Virus record (IMG/VR): IMGVR_UViG_3300017913_002143
Location: 10,909-74,908 of that record
Length of the DNA: 64,000 bases
Direction: 5' to 3' (one strand)
From: a virus
Lineage: Duplodnaviria; Caudoviricetes
This document shows, piece by piece, positions 1-8,439 of this stretch. The notes beneath the pieces are model-generated. The model ran no database searches, was not told the origin of the DNA, and was given only the letters and a program-made list of their open reading frames with translations. The position numbers and the translations under genes were made by a program. Position 1 is the first letter of the stretch. Every line of letters starts with the position of its first letter.

Positions 1-18
1 TAGAGTCTATGTTTCTGG

Positions 19-47
19 TTGACCTTTTCCTGTAAAGCATATATAAT
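19..47 (+). promoter_or_regulatory. sigma70-type early promoter candidate (TTGACC-17-TATAAT), overlapping a late-like CATATATA box at 38-45
   Basis: TTGACC 19-24, 17-nt spacer, TATAAT 42-47. The ATG at 51 is too close to this -10 to be transcribed from it, so the assignment is ambiguous. Confidence 0.45.
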
Positions 48-50
48 AGT

Positions 51-464
51 ATGTGGACATATAATGGAAAAGAATATGATGATCAACCCAACGACTATCA
101 GGGCTTCGTCTACCTCATCACAGAGCTGGATACAGGCAAGAAGTATATCGGTAAAAAGAACTTCTGGCGCCCAAAAGTATTACCTAAAAATTCAAAGAGA
201 AGTAGAAACGTGCGAACCCGTGCCCCATCTGATTGGCGCACCTATTTCGGCTCAAGTACAGATCTACAAACTCTTAAAGAAGAAAAAGGACCAGACAACT
301 ACAAACGAGAGATTATTAGACTCTGCCGAACAAAAGGAGAAATGTCCTACTATGAGGCAAAAGCTCAGTTCGATAATGACGTACTACTTTCCGATGAGTG
401 GTACAATGAGTTCATAGGTTGTAAGATTCATTCTAAACATTTACCACAGTGGCTTAAGGAATAG
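51..464 (+). CDS. denA: GIY-YIG endonuclease, T4 endonuclease II (DenA)-like
   Basis: GFVY-x10-YIGKK GIY-YIG motif; W..YFGSS and EAKAQF..VL...WYN motifs; about 137 aa with no C-terminal DNA-binding repeats. Confidence 0.8.
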   Translation: MWTYNGKEYDDQPNDYQGFVYLITELDTGKKYIGKKNFWRPKVLPKNSKRSRNVRTRAPSDWRTYFGSSTDLQTLKEEKGPDNYKREIIRLCRTKGEMSYYEAKAQFDNDVLLSDEWYNEFIGCKIHSKHLPQWLKE

Positions 465-467
465 ATT

Positions 468-1322
468 ATGATATTGATTGACTTTAATGGTTTGGCAGTT
501 GCAACAGTAGCTGTCAATAAGACTGATGATCCTAACTTACTGAGACATATGATACTGAACAGTCTTCGGTTGCATAGAACTCAGTTCAAGAAAGATTATG
601 GTGAGTTAGTTATTTGTTGCGAAGGTATTGGTAACTGGAGGAAGGATTACTTTCCACAGTACAAAGCCAATCGTAAGAAGTACAGAGAACAGTCCGACAT
701 TGATTGGAACGAAGCATTCCGTGTACTGAGTGAAGTACGTGATGAGATCAAAGCAAACTTCCCGTACAAAGTTATTCAGGTTGATAAGTGTGAAGCTGAT
801 GACATCATTGGAGTACTTGCATCTAACACTCAAGAGTTTGGCCAGTATGAAGATGTACTAATTATCTCTGCCGATAAAGACTTTATGCAGCTGCAGAAGT
901 ATCCAAACGTACATCAGTACAATCCTATCCAGAAAAAGTTTTACAAAGAGGATGCTCCAAAAGCAAACTTGATTGCAAAGATATTGAAAGGTGACACAGG
1001 TGATGGTGTACCTAATGTAATGTCTGATGATGATACCTTTGTTACAGAAGGCAAGCGTCAGAATAAATTGTCTAAGAAGAAGATGGAAGAGATTGTTGAA
1101 GATCTTGCAGATGGTGAATTACTTTATGCAGCTTCATGGTATCGTAACTACCAACGCAATGAGACTCTAATCGATCTTGATAAGACTCCAGAGGATCTAA
1201 AATTTAAAATTGTTTCAGAATTTAATGAACAAGATCCTAGTAAAAACAAAGGTATGGTGTTCCCATATCTTATAAATAAAAACATGAAAATGTTGATTGA
1301 ATCCGTAGAGGAATTTATCTAA
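468..1322 (+). CDS. rnh: T4-type RNase H / 5'-3' exonuclease
   Basis: MILIDFN start; WRKDYFPQYKANRK, EADDIIG, IISADKDFMQL and LKGDTGDGVPN motifs. Confidence 0.93.
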   Translation: MILIDFNGLAVATVAVNKTDDPNLLRHMILNSLRLHRTQFKKDYGELVICCEGIGNWRKDYFPQYKANRKKYREQSDIDWNEAFRVLSEVRDEIKANFPYKVIQVDKCEADDIIGVLASNTQEFGQYEDVLIISADKDFMQLQKYPNVHQYNPIQKKFYKEDAPKANLIAKILKGDTGDGVPNVMSDDDTFVTEGKRQNKLSKKKMEEIVEDLADGELLYAASWYRNYQRNETLIDLDKTPEDLKFKIVSEFNEQDPSKNKGMVFPYLINKNMKMLIESVEEFI

Positions 1323-1738
1323 TGGCTAAAATGGTATTTGAAGTGCTGACCGAAGCAGGCAGCAAAAGATCTAAAGCACAACGCATTAAGGTCTTACAAG
1401 ATAATGAGTCTTGGGCTTTGAAAGACGTACTAAGAGGTACTTTTGACTCAACCGTTCAATGGATCTTACCTGAAGGTGAACCACCATACACTCCATCCGA
1501 AGTACATAACTATCCAACTAATCTGTTGCGAGAGCATAAGAAGTTTGGTTACTTTGCTCGTGGTGGCTATGGCAAGGATATGCCAAAGTTCAAAATTGAA
1601 AAGATGTATATTGGGATTCTAGAAGGTGTTCATCCAGAGGATGCAAGAGCCATCATCAGTATGATTAACAAAGAACCACCCAAGAATATTACACGAGAGA
1701 TTGTCAAGGAGGCATTTCCTGGTCTACTACTGGACTAA
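1322..1738 (+). CDS. conserved T4-like phage hypothetical protein
   Basis: Coupled to the rnh stop; LPEGEPPY and LEGVHPEDA motifs recall a protein commonly found after rnh in marine T4-like phages; TATAAATA at 1271-1278 upstream. Confidence 0.7.
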   Translation: MAKMVFEVLTEAGSKRSKAQRIKVLQDNESWALKDVLRGTFDSTVQWILPEGEPPYTPSEVHNYPTNLLREHKKFGYFARGGYGKDMPKFKIEKMYIGILEGVHPEDARAIISMINKEPPKNITREIVKEAFPGLLLD

Positions 1739-1770
1739 CATTCTCCATCATTTAACACTTAACCACAACC

Positions 1771-1803
1771 AAGAGTGTGCACGTTCGTGTACGCTCTTTT
1801 TTT
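1771..1803 (+). terminator. intrinsic terminator-like hairpin
   Basis: AAGAGTGTGCAC-GTTC-GTGTACGCTCTT stem (with G-U pairs) followed by a T run. Confidence 0.6.
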
Positions 1804-1817
1804 ATAGGACACTACTA

Positions 1818-1985
1818 ATGGTATTAGCACAAATCGACCGGCTCAAAAAAGACGCAACCGAACTCGAGATCTATGCACGGAAGCTCGTGAAACGTGGACA
1901 GGAATCTAGAGCGGCGAAGATACTAAAGAAGCGTGAGTTTATTCAACGACAACTTGATAATGTGGTGCCTGCCAATTCTCCTTAA
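1818..1985 (+). CDS. small basic hypothetical protein (55 aa)
   Basis: AGGA upstream of ATG 1818; this is the C-terminal part of track ORF 1701..1985. Confidence 0.6.
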   Translation: MVLAQIDRLKKDATELEIYARKLVKRGQESRAAKILKKREFIQRQLDNVVPANSP

Positions 1986-2000
1986 ATAAAAACTTAGCTG

Positions 2001-2029
2001 TTGACGAAACGCCTTTCTCGCTGTATAAT
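2001..2029 (+). promoter_or_regulatory. sigma70-type early promoter
   Basis: TTGACG-17-TATAAT with an A-rich upstream tract. Confidence 0.8.
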
Positions 2030-2065
2030 AAGTAAATCACTTGGCGAGAATAGGGATACTATGTT

Positions 2066-2638
2066 ATGAACATATTTGTGCTAGATAAAGATCCAATTGT
2101 AGCAGCTCAGCTTCAATGTGATAGACATGTAGTTAAGATGACTACAGAGTCTGCTCAAATGTTATCTACAGCTCATAGACTTTTGGATGGAGCTCCAATC
2201 AAGAGACCATCTAAGTCTGGTAAGACTATGCGTACTTACTATTGTCTATATGAAGGTGCAGATGACTTAGAAGCAGAACTTTTGTATATGGCTAATGTAC
2301 ATGAGAAACATCCTTGTACCTTATGGACTATGGAATCAGAAGCTAACTATCGTTGGCACTGGGAGCATCTACGCGCACTTAGTGAAGAGTATACATATAG
2401 ATATGGTAGGACTCATAAGGTAGGTATTGAACTGCTATGGGGCTTGCAATCACCACCTAGGAATATTCCTAAAGGACCTATGACTGAATTCAAGCTGGCT
2501 ATGAAAGATCAGCCGCAATGCATGCATATTGGTGATCCTGTAAAGTCGTATCAAGAGTTCTATCAGACTAAGAAGTTTAAAATGGTTTGGACAAAGAGGA
2601 CGATGCCATCATGGTACAAATTAACTCAAGCAGCGTAG
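2066..2638 (+). CDS. denV: pyrimidine-dimer DNA glycosylase / endonuclease V family
   Basis: MNIFVLD..P..AA...CDRHVVKM..ESAQMLSTAHR and HPCTLW motifs. Confidence 0.75.
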   Translation: MNIFVLDKDPIVAAQLQCDRHVVKMTTESAQMLSTAHRLLDGAPIKRPSKSGKTMRTYYCLYEGADDLEAELLYMANVHEKHPCTLWTMESEANYRWHWEHLRALSEEYTYRYGRTHKVGIELLWGLQSPPRNIPKGPMTEFKLAMKDQPQCMHIGDPVKSYQEFYQTKKFKMVWTKRTMPSWYKLTQAA

Positions 2639-2799
2639 ATGAATTAGATTATCTTTCAGTATTAGAATGTGAAGTAAGACTGTTACATGATCGTCTACAG
2701 CCACATGATACTGGACATCTACATACTACAATAGGAGTTCTTAAAGAACGTATTGAAGAAGTAAAGGAACAGATACGTGCCAATATACACGCTGCGTAA
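2611..2799 (+). CDS. hypothetical protein
   Basis: Fills the gap between denV and the next gene; AGAGGA upstream of ATG 2611. Confidence 0.55.
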   Translation: MVQINSSSVDELDYLSVLECEVRLLHDRLQPHDTGHLHTTIGVLKERIEEVKEQIRANIHAA

Positions 2800-3010
2800 A
2801 AAATCTACTGACGAAGTTTTTGATGTTAATGTAAAGTTTGACGATCTTGCACAATTATTAGAAGATGATGATATAGAGAGAGTTCTTGTGCCTCCTAAGT
2901 TTGTGTCTGATGATGGAAGATCAAATGTGACACGAGCTGGTAGTGAGTGGCGAGATCTTATGGGTAGAATTAAAAAGGGATCAGGCTCAGGAAATACAAT
3001 TAAGACATGA
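2777..3010 (+). CDS. FmdB-like small protein (Zn-ribbon cysteines absent)
   Basis: GTG start; MPIY... N-terminus; position directly before phoH is typical for T4-like marine phages. Confidence 0.55.
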   Translation: MPIYTLRKKSTDEVFDVNVKFDDLAQLLEDDDIERVLVPPKFVSDDGRSNVTRAGSEWRDLMGRIKKGSGSGNTIKT

Positions 3011-3684
3011 GTAAAGCAACAGCACGAATAGAAGACCTATATAACTATGAGCCACAAACAGATAACCAGAAAAGAGCGTATGATGCATGGGATGACGGAG
3101 ATAATCTGGTCCTTGCTGGTTCAGCTGGTACTGGTAAAACTTTTGTTGCGTTATACTTGGCATTGGAGGCAGTTCTCGAGCGAGAGACGGCTTATGATAA
3201 AGTTATTATTGTCAGGTCGGTAGTCCCAACCAGAGACATGGGTTATCTACCAGGAACGGTAGAAGAAAAGAAAGAGGTGTTTGAGACACCATACAAGGCT
3301 ATATGTTTTGAGCTGTTTAATGATTCAGCTACATATAATAAGATGGTTAGTAGCCATCAGTTGGAATTTATCACTACGTCGTTCATACGGGGACTAACAA
3401 TCGACAACGCGGTGATCATTGTGGATGAGATGCAGAATCTCAACTTCCACGAACTTGATTCTGTTATCACACGAGTAGGTAACAATTGCAGAATCATATT
3501 TAGCGGAGACTATCACCAGTCTGACTTCAAGGATGAAGCGGAACGGAATGGTGTCCAGAGATTCTTACGGATAGTAGAACAACTGAAGAACTTTAGTGTG
3601 ATTACTTTTGGTTGGCAAGATATTGTAAGATCAGACTTTCTTCGTGATTATATTATGACGAAGGAGATGCTAGGAATGAAGTAA
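3007..3684 (+). CDS. phoH: PhoH-family ATPase
   Basis: GSAGTGKT P-loop; MGYLPG, FIRGLT and DEMQN motifs. Confidence 0.93.
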   Translation: MSKATARIEDLYNYEPQTDNQKRAYDAWDDGDNLVLAGSAGTGKTFVALYLALEAVLERETAYDKVIIVRSVVPTRDMGYLPGTVEEKKEVFETPYKAICFELFNDSATYNKMVSSHQLEFITTSFIRGLTIDNAVIIVDEMQNLNFHELDSVITRVGNNCRIIFSGDYHQSDFKDEAERNGVQRFLRIVEQLKNFSVITFGWQDIVRSDFLRDYIMTKEMLGMK

Positions 3685-4088
3685 TGTTGAATTTTAGATC
3701 TATAATGCTTGCCTTTTTATTAGTTATTGTCGCACTTGTTACAATGAATGCTGCAATGGCACAAGAGCTAGAGGGACCATCAGCCCCTCTGTATAACAAA
3801 CCTGTTATCTGTGCTCCAACTCTTGAAGCCGCAATGGAGATGTTATCACAGGTAAAGAAAGATGGCATGAAGCCTCTAATGTATTTTTATGGCAACTCTT
3901 TCAATGGTGATGGGTCTGGCTTTAAGTCAGATTTCTTTGTTATGTTTGATCCAGATGATGATCAAGTAACAATTGTTGAAAGGCAGCCAATGAATGGCTT
4001 CACGTGTCTTCTTGCAGGTGGAACAGGTACTGTTGTATTTGACCCAGAAGAACTCGAAGGATTGATTGGTTGGAATGACATTCCATGA
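3684..4088 (+). CDS. exported hypothetical protein
   Basis: Signal-peptide-like N-terminus ending AMA|QE; two Cys. Confidence 0.7.
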   Translation: MLNFRSIMLAFLLVIVALVTMNAAMAQELEGPSAPLYNKPVICAPTLEAAMEMLSQVKKDGMKPLMYFYGNSFNGDGSGFKSDFFVMFDPDDDQVTIVERQPMNGFTCLLAGGTGTVVFDPEELEGLIGWNDIP

Positions 4089-4333
4089 AGTACTATATAC
4101 TTATAGTTATGTTTGCTTCACCAGGTGAATATGTTGAACATTTCTTGTATGACAAGATGCCTTTCAAAGATGTTGAAGAGTGTCAAGCATTTGGTCAACA
4201 ATACTGGCAACCGTTGACAAACTTAGCTGAGATGAAGTATAATGGTAAACCATGGGGCAATATGTTTTGTATTCCGGAATATAGTGCCAATGAAGAATTG
4301 ATAGGTAATACTCTAAATGGCAAAGGTGTTTGA
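4085..4333 (+). CDS. hypothetical protein
   Basis: ATGA overlap with the upstream gene; hydrophobic N-terminus; two Cys. Confidence 0.65.
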   Translation: MKYYILIVMFASPGEYVEHFLYDKMPFKDVEECQAFGQQYWQPLTNLAEMKYNGKPWGNMFCIPEYSANEELIGNTLNGKGV

Positions 4334-4991
4334 GCATGTTGAACTGGATCTTGGATATTCTGATCTGGATACGGACACAACCCCAGAACGCAGGTTATAT
4401 GTTGCTCCTGATGGTAGTAAGTATCCTAGCGTTACAACTGTACTAAGTATAATCAATGAAGAATCAATCCGACGATGGAGACAACGAGTCGGAGAAGAGG
4501 AAGCAAATAAGATTGGCACTCGAGCTTCTAATCGCGGTAGTGCTGTACATAGTATTATCGAAGAGTATTTGAAAAATGAAGATACTTCAAACTATCTACC
4601 ACACATTCAACAAAGTCTCCTCAACCTTAAACCAATCCTTGACAAATCCATTGGAAAGATCTACGGACTTGAAGTTGCTCTCTTCAGTCGGTATCTTGGT
4701 ATGGCTGGTCGTTGCGATTGCATAGCGGAGTTTGATGGTGTACCGTCGATTATTGATTTCAAGACCTCGCGTCGTCCAAAACAAAAGGAAAAGATTTCTA
4801 ACTACTTTGCACAGGCGTCGGCTTATGCAATTATGTTCGAAGAGAGGACTGGGATGGCAATCCCAAACACCGTCATACTTATGGACGTGGACGAATACGG
4901 GCCGGTTGTTTTCAAGGAGAACAGAGACAACTACACAAAGCTATTATTAGACACAAAGGCAGAATATGACAGACGTAAACTCTTTCATTGA
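4317..4991 (+). CDS. PD-(D/E)XK Cas4-like exonuclease
   Basis: YPSVTTVLS, RGSAVH, AGRCD and IIDFKT motifs, Q.SAYA; no Fe-S Cys cluster. Confidence 0.85.
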   Translation: MAKVFEHVELDLGYSDLDTDTTPERRLYVAPDGSKYPSVTTVLSIINEESIRRWRQRVGEEEANKIGTRASNRGSAVHSIIEEYLKNEDTSNYLPHIQQSLLNLKPILDKSIGKIYGLEVALFSRYLGMAGRCDCIAEFDGVPSIIDFKTSRRPKQKEKISNYFAQASAYAIMFEERTGMAIPNTVILMDVDEYGPVVFKENRDNYTKLLLDTKAEYDRRKLFH

Positions 4992-5607
4992 TGAAGAAAA
5001 GGTTTGGCAAACAATTGATCCAAATCTTATGTGGATCATGGATAAACTTATCCTATCGTCAAAGTTAGAATATACTTGTGGTCCTGTTGGTACTCCTGTA
5101 CCAAAACCAGATTGGTATATGGTCCGTCCTTGTGTCAATGCATTGGGTTTAGGGTTAGGTGCTGAGAAAGTATGGATTGATGATAACACCAATCATCTTA
5201 CTCCAGGTCACTTCTGGTGTGAATGGTTTGAAGGTAGACACTTCACAGTAGATTATCATTATGGATTACCAAACCTAATTGTAGAAGGATTTAAAGAACC
5301 AGACACATTTACCAATTGGAGTAAGTGGCAAAAAGCAGATGACTGGGATGCTGTTGAGCGAGTATTTGATTTCCCAAAGATCTTAGATCCTATTATTGAT
5401 CAGCCATGGGTCAATTGTGAATTTATTGGTAACAAACTCATAGAAGTACATCTTAGACGTAATCCAGACTTCCAGTGGGATAATAAAGAATTTATTCCAC
5501 ACTTCTTTGAGCCAGGTATGGCTGAGATGTTAGATATGCACGAAGAAGGATACAACTGGGTTGACTATCCAGACATCCATGGCCGATTTGGTGCATTCGT
5601 AAAATAA
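4966..5607 (+). CDS. ATP-grasp-like protein
   Basis: RP..N..GLGLG loop, CEWFEG.HFTVD and NCEF...LIEVHLR resemble ATP-grasp motifs. Confidence 0.5.
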   Translation: MTDVNSFIDEEKVWQTIDPNLMWIMDKLILSSKLEYTCGPVGTPVPKPDWYMVRPCVNALGLGLGAEKVWIDDNTNHLTPGHFWCEWFEGRHFTVDYHYGLPNLIVEGFKEPDTFTNWSKWQKADDWDAVERVFDFPKILDPIIDQPWVNCEFIGNKLIEVHLRRNPDFQWDNKEFIPHFFEPGMAEMLDMHEEGYNWVDYPDIHGRFGAFVK

Positions 5608-5630
5608 TTCAAATAATTTTAAAATAACTG

Positions 5631-5659
5631 TTTACCTTTTCTGAAAAGTGGTGTATAAT
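5631..5659 (+). promoter_or_regulatory. sigma70-type early promoter
   Basis: TTTACC-17-TATAAT with an A/T tract upstream and AAGGAG SD downstream. Confidence 0.75.
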
Positions 5660-5688
5660 ATTAGTATAACCAGAGAAGGAGCTAAATT

Positions 5689-6096
5689 ATGTGGTTAGAA
5701 AATTCTTGTAAAGATCTTGAGCCTTGGATTGATGCATTGAATGAACGTGTACCATTCAAGGGTGCATGTGAACTGAAGTATACAAAGAACAAGTCTTTGG
5801 ATCGCTTCCGTCGTGCACAGAATGTTGTTCATGATATCTTTAATAACGGTCTGATGAATCGTTATCGTGAGCTTCGTGTTCTTGATAAGAATCTTCGTGT
5901 ACGTGATTTACCTATTCATGCATCTAATGAAGATAAGTGGGATATTGTTGAAGAGCGGGTTGCTCCTCACTTCCGCATCATTGTTGAGAATGCAGTATTT
6001 GAACAGTTTGGTCGTGATGAGTATCTTCGTATGATGCACAACAGATCAAGCAATATTATTAACCAAGCAATTGAAGATGGAAGGATCTCTGCATGA
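5689..6096 (+). CDS. early hypothetical protein
   Basis: Strong SD, first gene behind the promoter. Confidence 0.75.
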   Translation: MWLENSCKDLEPWIDALNERVPFKGACELKYTKNKSLDRFRRAQNVVHDIFNNGLMNRYRELRVLDKNLRVRDLPIHASNEDKWDIVEERVAPHFRIIVENAVFEQFGRDEYLRMMHNRSSNIINQAIEDGRISA

Positions 6097-6629
6097 TTTA
6101 TTTGGATATGGATGGAGTCATTGCTGACTTCTTTGGTGGAATTGAAGATCGGTTTAATGTTAGACATTGGAAAGATCTAAAGTGGAAAGAAGAAGTGTTT
6201 GCACAACTTGCATATACAGACTTCTTTGATACACTTCCATGCTTCTTTGATGGTAAGAAAAACTTATCAGCTAAGATTGTAGATCACGTCAAGCTACAAG
6301 CGTTTGAGAATGATATCCAGTGGGGTATCTGTTCATCTCCTATGCGTGGTGATGAGACAAACTCTATCTATCACAAACGTGTATGGTTAGAGCGTATGAA
6401 CTTCATGCCAGAAGTTTGTAACTGTATCTTTACATCAAACAAACACAAGTATGCTATGAGTCCTATTGATGGCAGACCTAACATTTTGATTGATGATAAG
6501 CCCGAGAATATCTACCGCTGGGAGCAAGCTGGTGGGCTTGGTATTCGCTTTCAATGTAACCAGGATGATATTGAAGAGTATCTTTTTGAGCAACTTCAAG
6601 ATTGTCTAACTGTGAGGATGGATGGATGA
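6093..6629 (+). CDS. 5'(3')-deoxyribonucleotidase (HAD family)
   Basis: YLDMDGVIADF and LIDDKPEN HAD motifs; K..WL motif. Confidence 0.85.
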   Translation: MIYLDMDGVIADFFGGIEDRFNVRHWKDLKWKEEVFAQLAYTDFFDTLPCFFDGKKNLSAKIVDHVKLQAFENDIQWGICSSPMRGDETNSIYHKRVWLERMNFMPEVCNCIFTSNKHKYAMSPIDGRPNILIDDKPENIYRWEQAGGLGIRFQCNQDDIEEYLFEQLQDCLTVRMDG

Positions 6630-6874
6630 CATTTATGCAAGTATTAAATCTCAGAACTGAGTTTGAAGAGATTATTAAGGACTTCAACATGGGTTGTCAG
6701 GTCATGCAAGGGCATTCTAAGTCTGGTATAAATACCATCGAGTGGTTCGTGGAAAATGGATTTAGGTCCAATCGTCTACGCAATGATTATGATCGTGCAA
6801 TGGAAATTGCTAACATAATTAAGGAGTACGCAGATGGCTGCACAAAAGAAGTTAGAAGCTGGGAGTCAATATGA
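6626..6874 (+). CDS. hypothetical protein
   Basis: ATGA overlap start at 6626 within track ORF 6602..6874. Confidence 0.65.
   Translation: MTFMQVLNLRTEFEEIIKDFNMGCQVMQGHSKSGINTIEWFVENGFRSNRLRNDYDRAMEIANIIKEYADGCTKEVRSWESI
6727..6734 (+). promoter_or_regulatory. T4-type late promoter candidate upstream of the glycan operon
   Basis: Exact TATAAATA about 100 nt before the 6834 start. It lies inside a CDS, and chance occurrence is possible in AT-rich DNA. Confidence 0.45.
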
Positions 6875-7205
6875 ACATTTTGACAAAGACGGCGATGGTA
6901 TAATTACTGATGAGGAATTTGAATTAGAACGAGAGATGATGAGAGCAGAAAACGAAGATAAAAAAGAAGATCAAATTAGACGAATGGCGTGGTTTGCTCT
7001 ATGGGGGTTATTGATATATCCAGTAGGTATTGTAGTTACTGATCTGTTACCGTTTAGCTTTGAATCTACAAGTCAGCTTCTAGCTGATATTGCTCCTACT
7101 TATTTTGTGTCGGTATCTGCTTTGGTTGGTGCATTCTTTGGTGCACAAGCATATCAAAAATCAAAAACACCTCAACCACCTCAAGGAAGGCCACCAAGGA
7201 AGTAA
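6834..7205 (+). CDS. EF-hand-containing two-TM membrane protein (holin-like topology)
   Basis: Canonical 12-residue loop DKDGDGIITDEE, two hydrophobic helices, basic C-terminal tail. Confidence 0.65.
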   Translation: MAAQKKLEAGSQYEHFDKDGDGIITDEEFELEREMMRAENEDKKEDQIRRMAWFALWGLLIYPVGIVVTDLLPFSFESTSQLLADIAPTYFVSVSALVGAFFGAQAYQKSKTPQPPQGRPPRK

Positions 7206-7210
7206 ACATT

Positions 7211-7996
7211 ATGAAACGAATGATATATCAGGTTTACACAGGTAAGCCTTCTAAATTATATGACCATTGTACAAATTCAGTTAGAGATTATTGTAAAGAA
7301 CATAATATAGATCATGTGGTACAGAAAGTACCAAAGATGAGGATTAAGCCTGATATATTCGTTACCAATAGAAGCAAGGAGTCATACGAGAAGTATGGTG
7401 GCTTCTTGCCTATCTATGAAAAAGAAAATGCATTTGATTACTGGGACAAGTATGATCAGATCTGTATTGTAGATGCAGACATCTGGATCCGTCCTGGGTC
7501 TCCAAATATCTTTGATGAGCTCAAACCAGAAACAGACTTTGCTGGTGTTATTGAACGGCAGCTGCCAATCTTAGATTGGTACAAACAAAAGCTGGTTGGT
7601 TATACTCGTATGCAGTATGGACCCTTGAATAAGATCAATTGGTATAATGATGAACGTGGATCTGAATTCTATAATATGGGTCTTATGCTGATGAATAAAT
7701 CTATCACAAAATACTTACGTGGTGAAACTGGAAAGCAGTTTATTCAGAGACCAGAGTTCAAAGACTTTGTTGATGGCCAAGGTGCGTGGAAGTGGTCTAC
7801 TGATCAGACACTTCTCAACTATTGGGTCAGAAAAGAAAATATGAACTGCCAACATCTCAAGTGGAGATGGAATGGTTTGTATAGTGCTATCAGTGATGAG
7901 AATATCAAGAAAGCTAACTTTGTACATTTCTTCTTGAAAGATAAGTTGCCTAATAGAGGAGAGAATGTAAAAGAGCTAATGGAGGCTGTACAGTGA
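7211..7996 (+). CDS. GT-A fold glycosyltransferase (GT8-like)
   Basis: ICIVDADIW DxD motif; FYNMGLML and DQTLLNYW; C-terminal HF. Confidence 0.75.
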   Translation: MKRMIYQVYTGKPSKLYDHCTNSVRDYCKEHNIDHVVQKVPKMRIKPDIFVTNRSKESYEKYGGFLPIYEKENAFDYWDKYDQICIVDADIWIRPGSPNIFDELKPETDFAGVIERQLPILDWYKQKLVGYTRMQYGPLNKINWYNDERGSEFYNMGLMLMNKSITKYLRGETGKQFIQRPEFKDFVDGQGAWKWSTDQTLLNYWVRKENMNCQHLKWRWNGLYSAISDENIKKANFVHFFLKDKLPNRGENVKELMEAVQ

Positions 7997-8439
7997 TTCT
8001 GATATCTCATAGAGGTAACATGGATGGTAAACAACCAGTTCTTGAAAACCATCCAACACATATACAAAGAGCATTAGCTCATAACTTTGATGTAGAGATT
8101 GATGTTTGGTATGACAAAGGTTGGTGGCTTGGCCATGATGGACCTGAATACAAAACAGACATGAACTTTCTCGAGAACCGTAGGTTCTGGATTCACTGTA
8201 AGAATGTTGCTGCATTAACTTATCTACAGCCAACAAAGTTAAATTATTTCTGGCATGAAGAAGATAGCTATACTCTTACCAGTCATGGCTACATATGGGC
8301 ATATCCAAATGAGATGGCTATAGCTGGTGGTAATTCTATCGCTGTTATGCCAGAGATACATAATACAGATGTTAATTTATTCACTGGAATATGTTCCGAC
8401 AATATAATGAAATACTATTATGAAACTCGTCCTGTTTGA
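7993..8439 (+). CDS. glycerophosphodiester phosphodiesterase-like protein
   Basis: ISHRGN, DVEIDVW, LGHD, WIHCKN and GICSD motifs; GTG start. Confidence 0.7.
   Translation: MILISHRGNMDGKQPVLENHPTHIQRALAHNFDVEIDVWYDKGWWLGHDGPEYKTDMNFLENRRFWIHCKNVAALTYLQPTKLNYFWHEEDSYTLTSHGYIWAYPNEMAIAGGNSIAVMPEIHNTDVNLFTGICSDNIMKYYYETRPV

Noticed and set aside
51-464. Mobile GIY-YIG homing endonuclease
   Set aside because: It is a short single domain without C-terminal DNA-binding repeats, is not inside an intron, and its motifs fit EndoII.
4317-4991. Cas4-like gene as part of a CRISPR system
   Set aside because: No repeat-spacer array or other cas genes seen; stand-alone Cas4-like exonucleases are common in T4-like phages.
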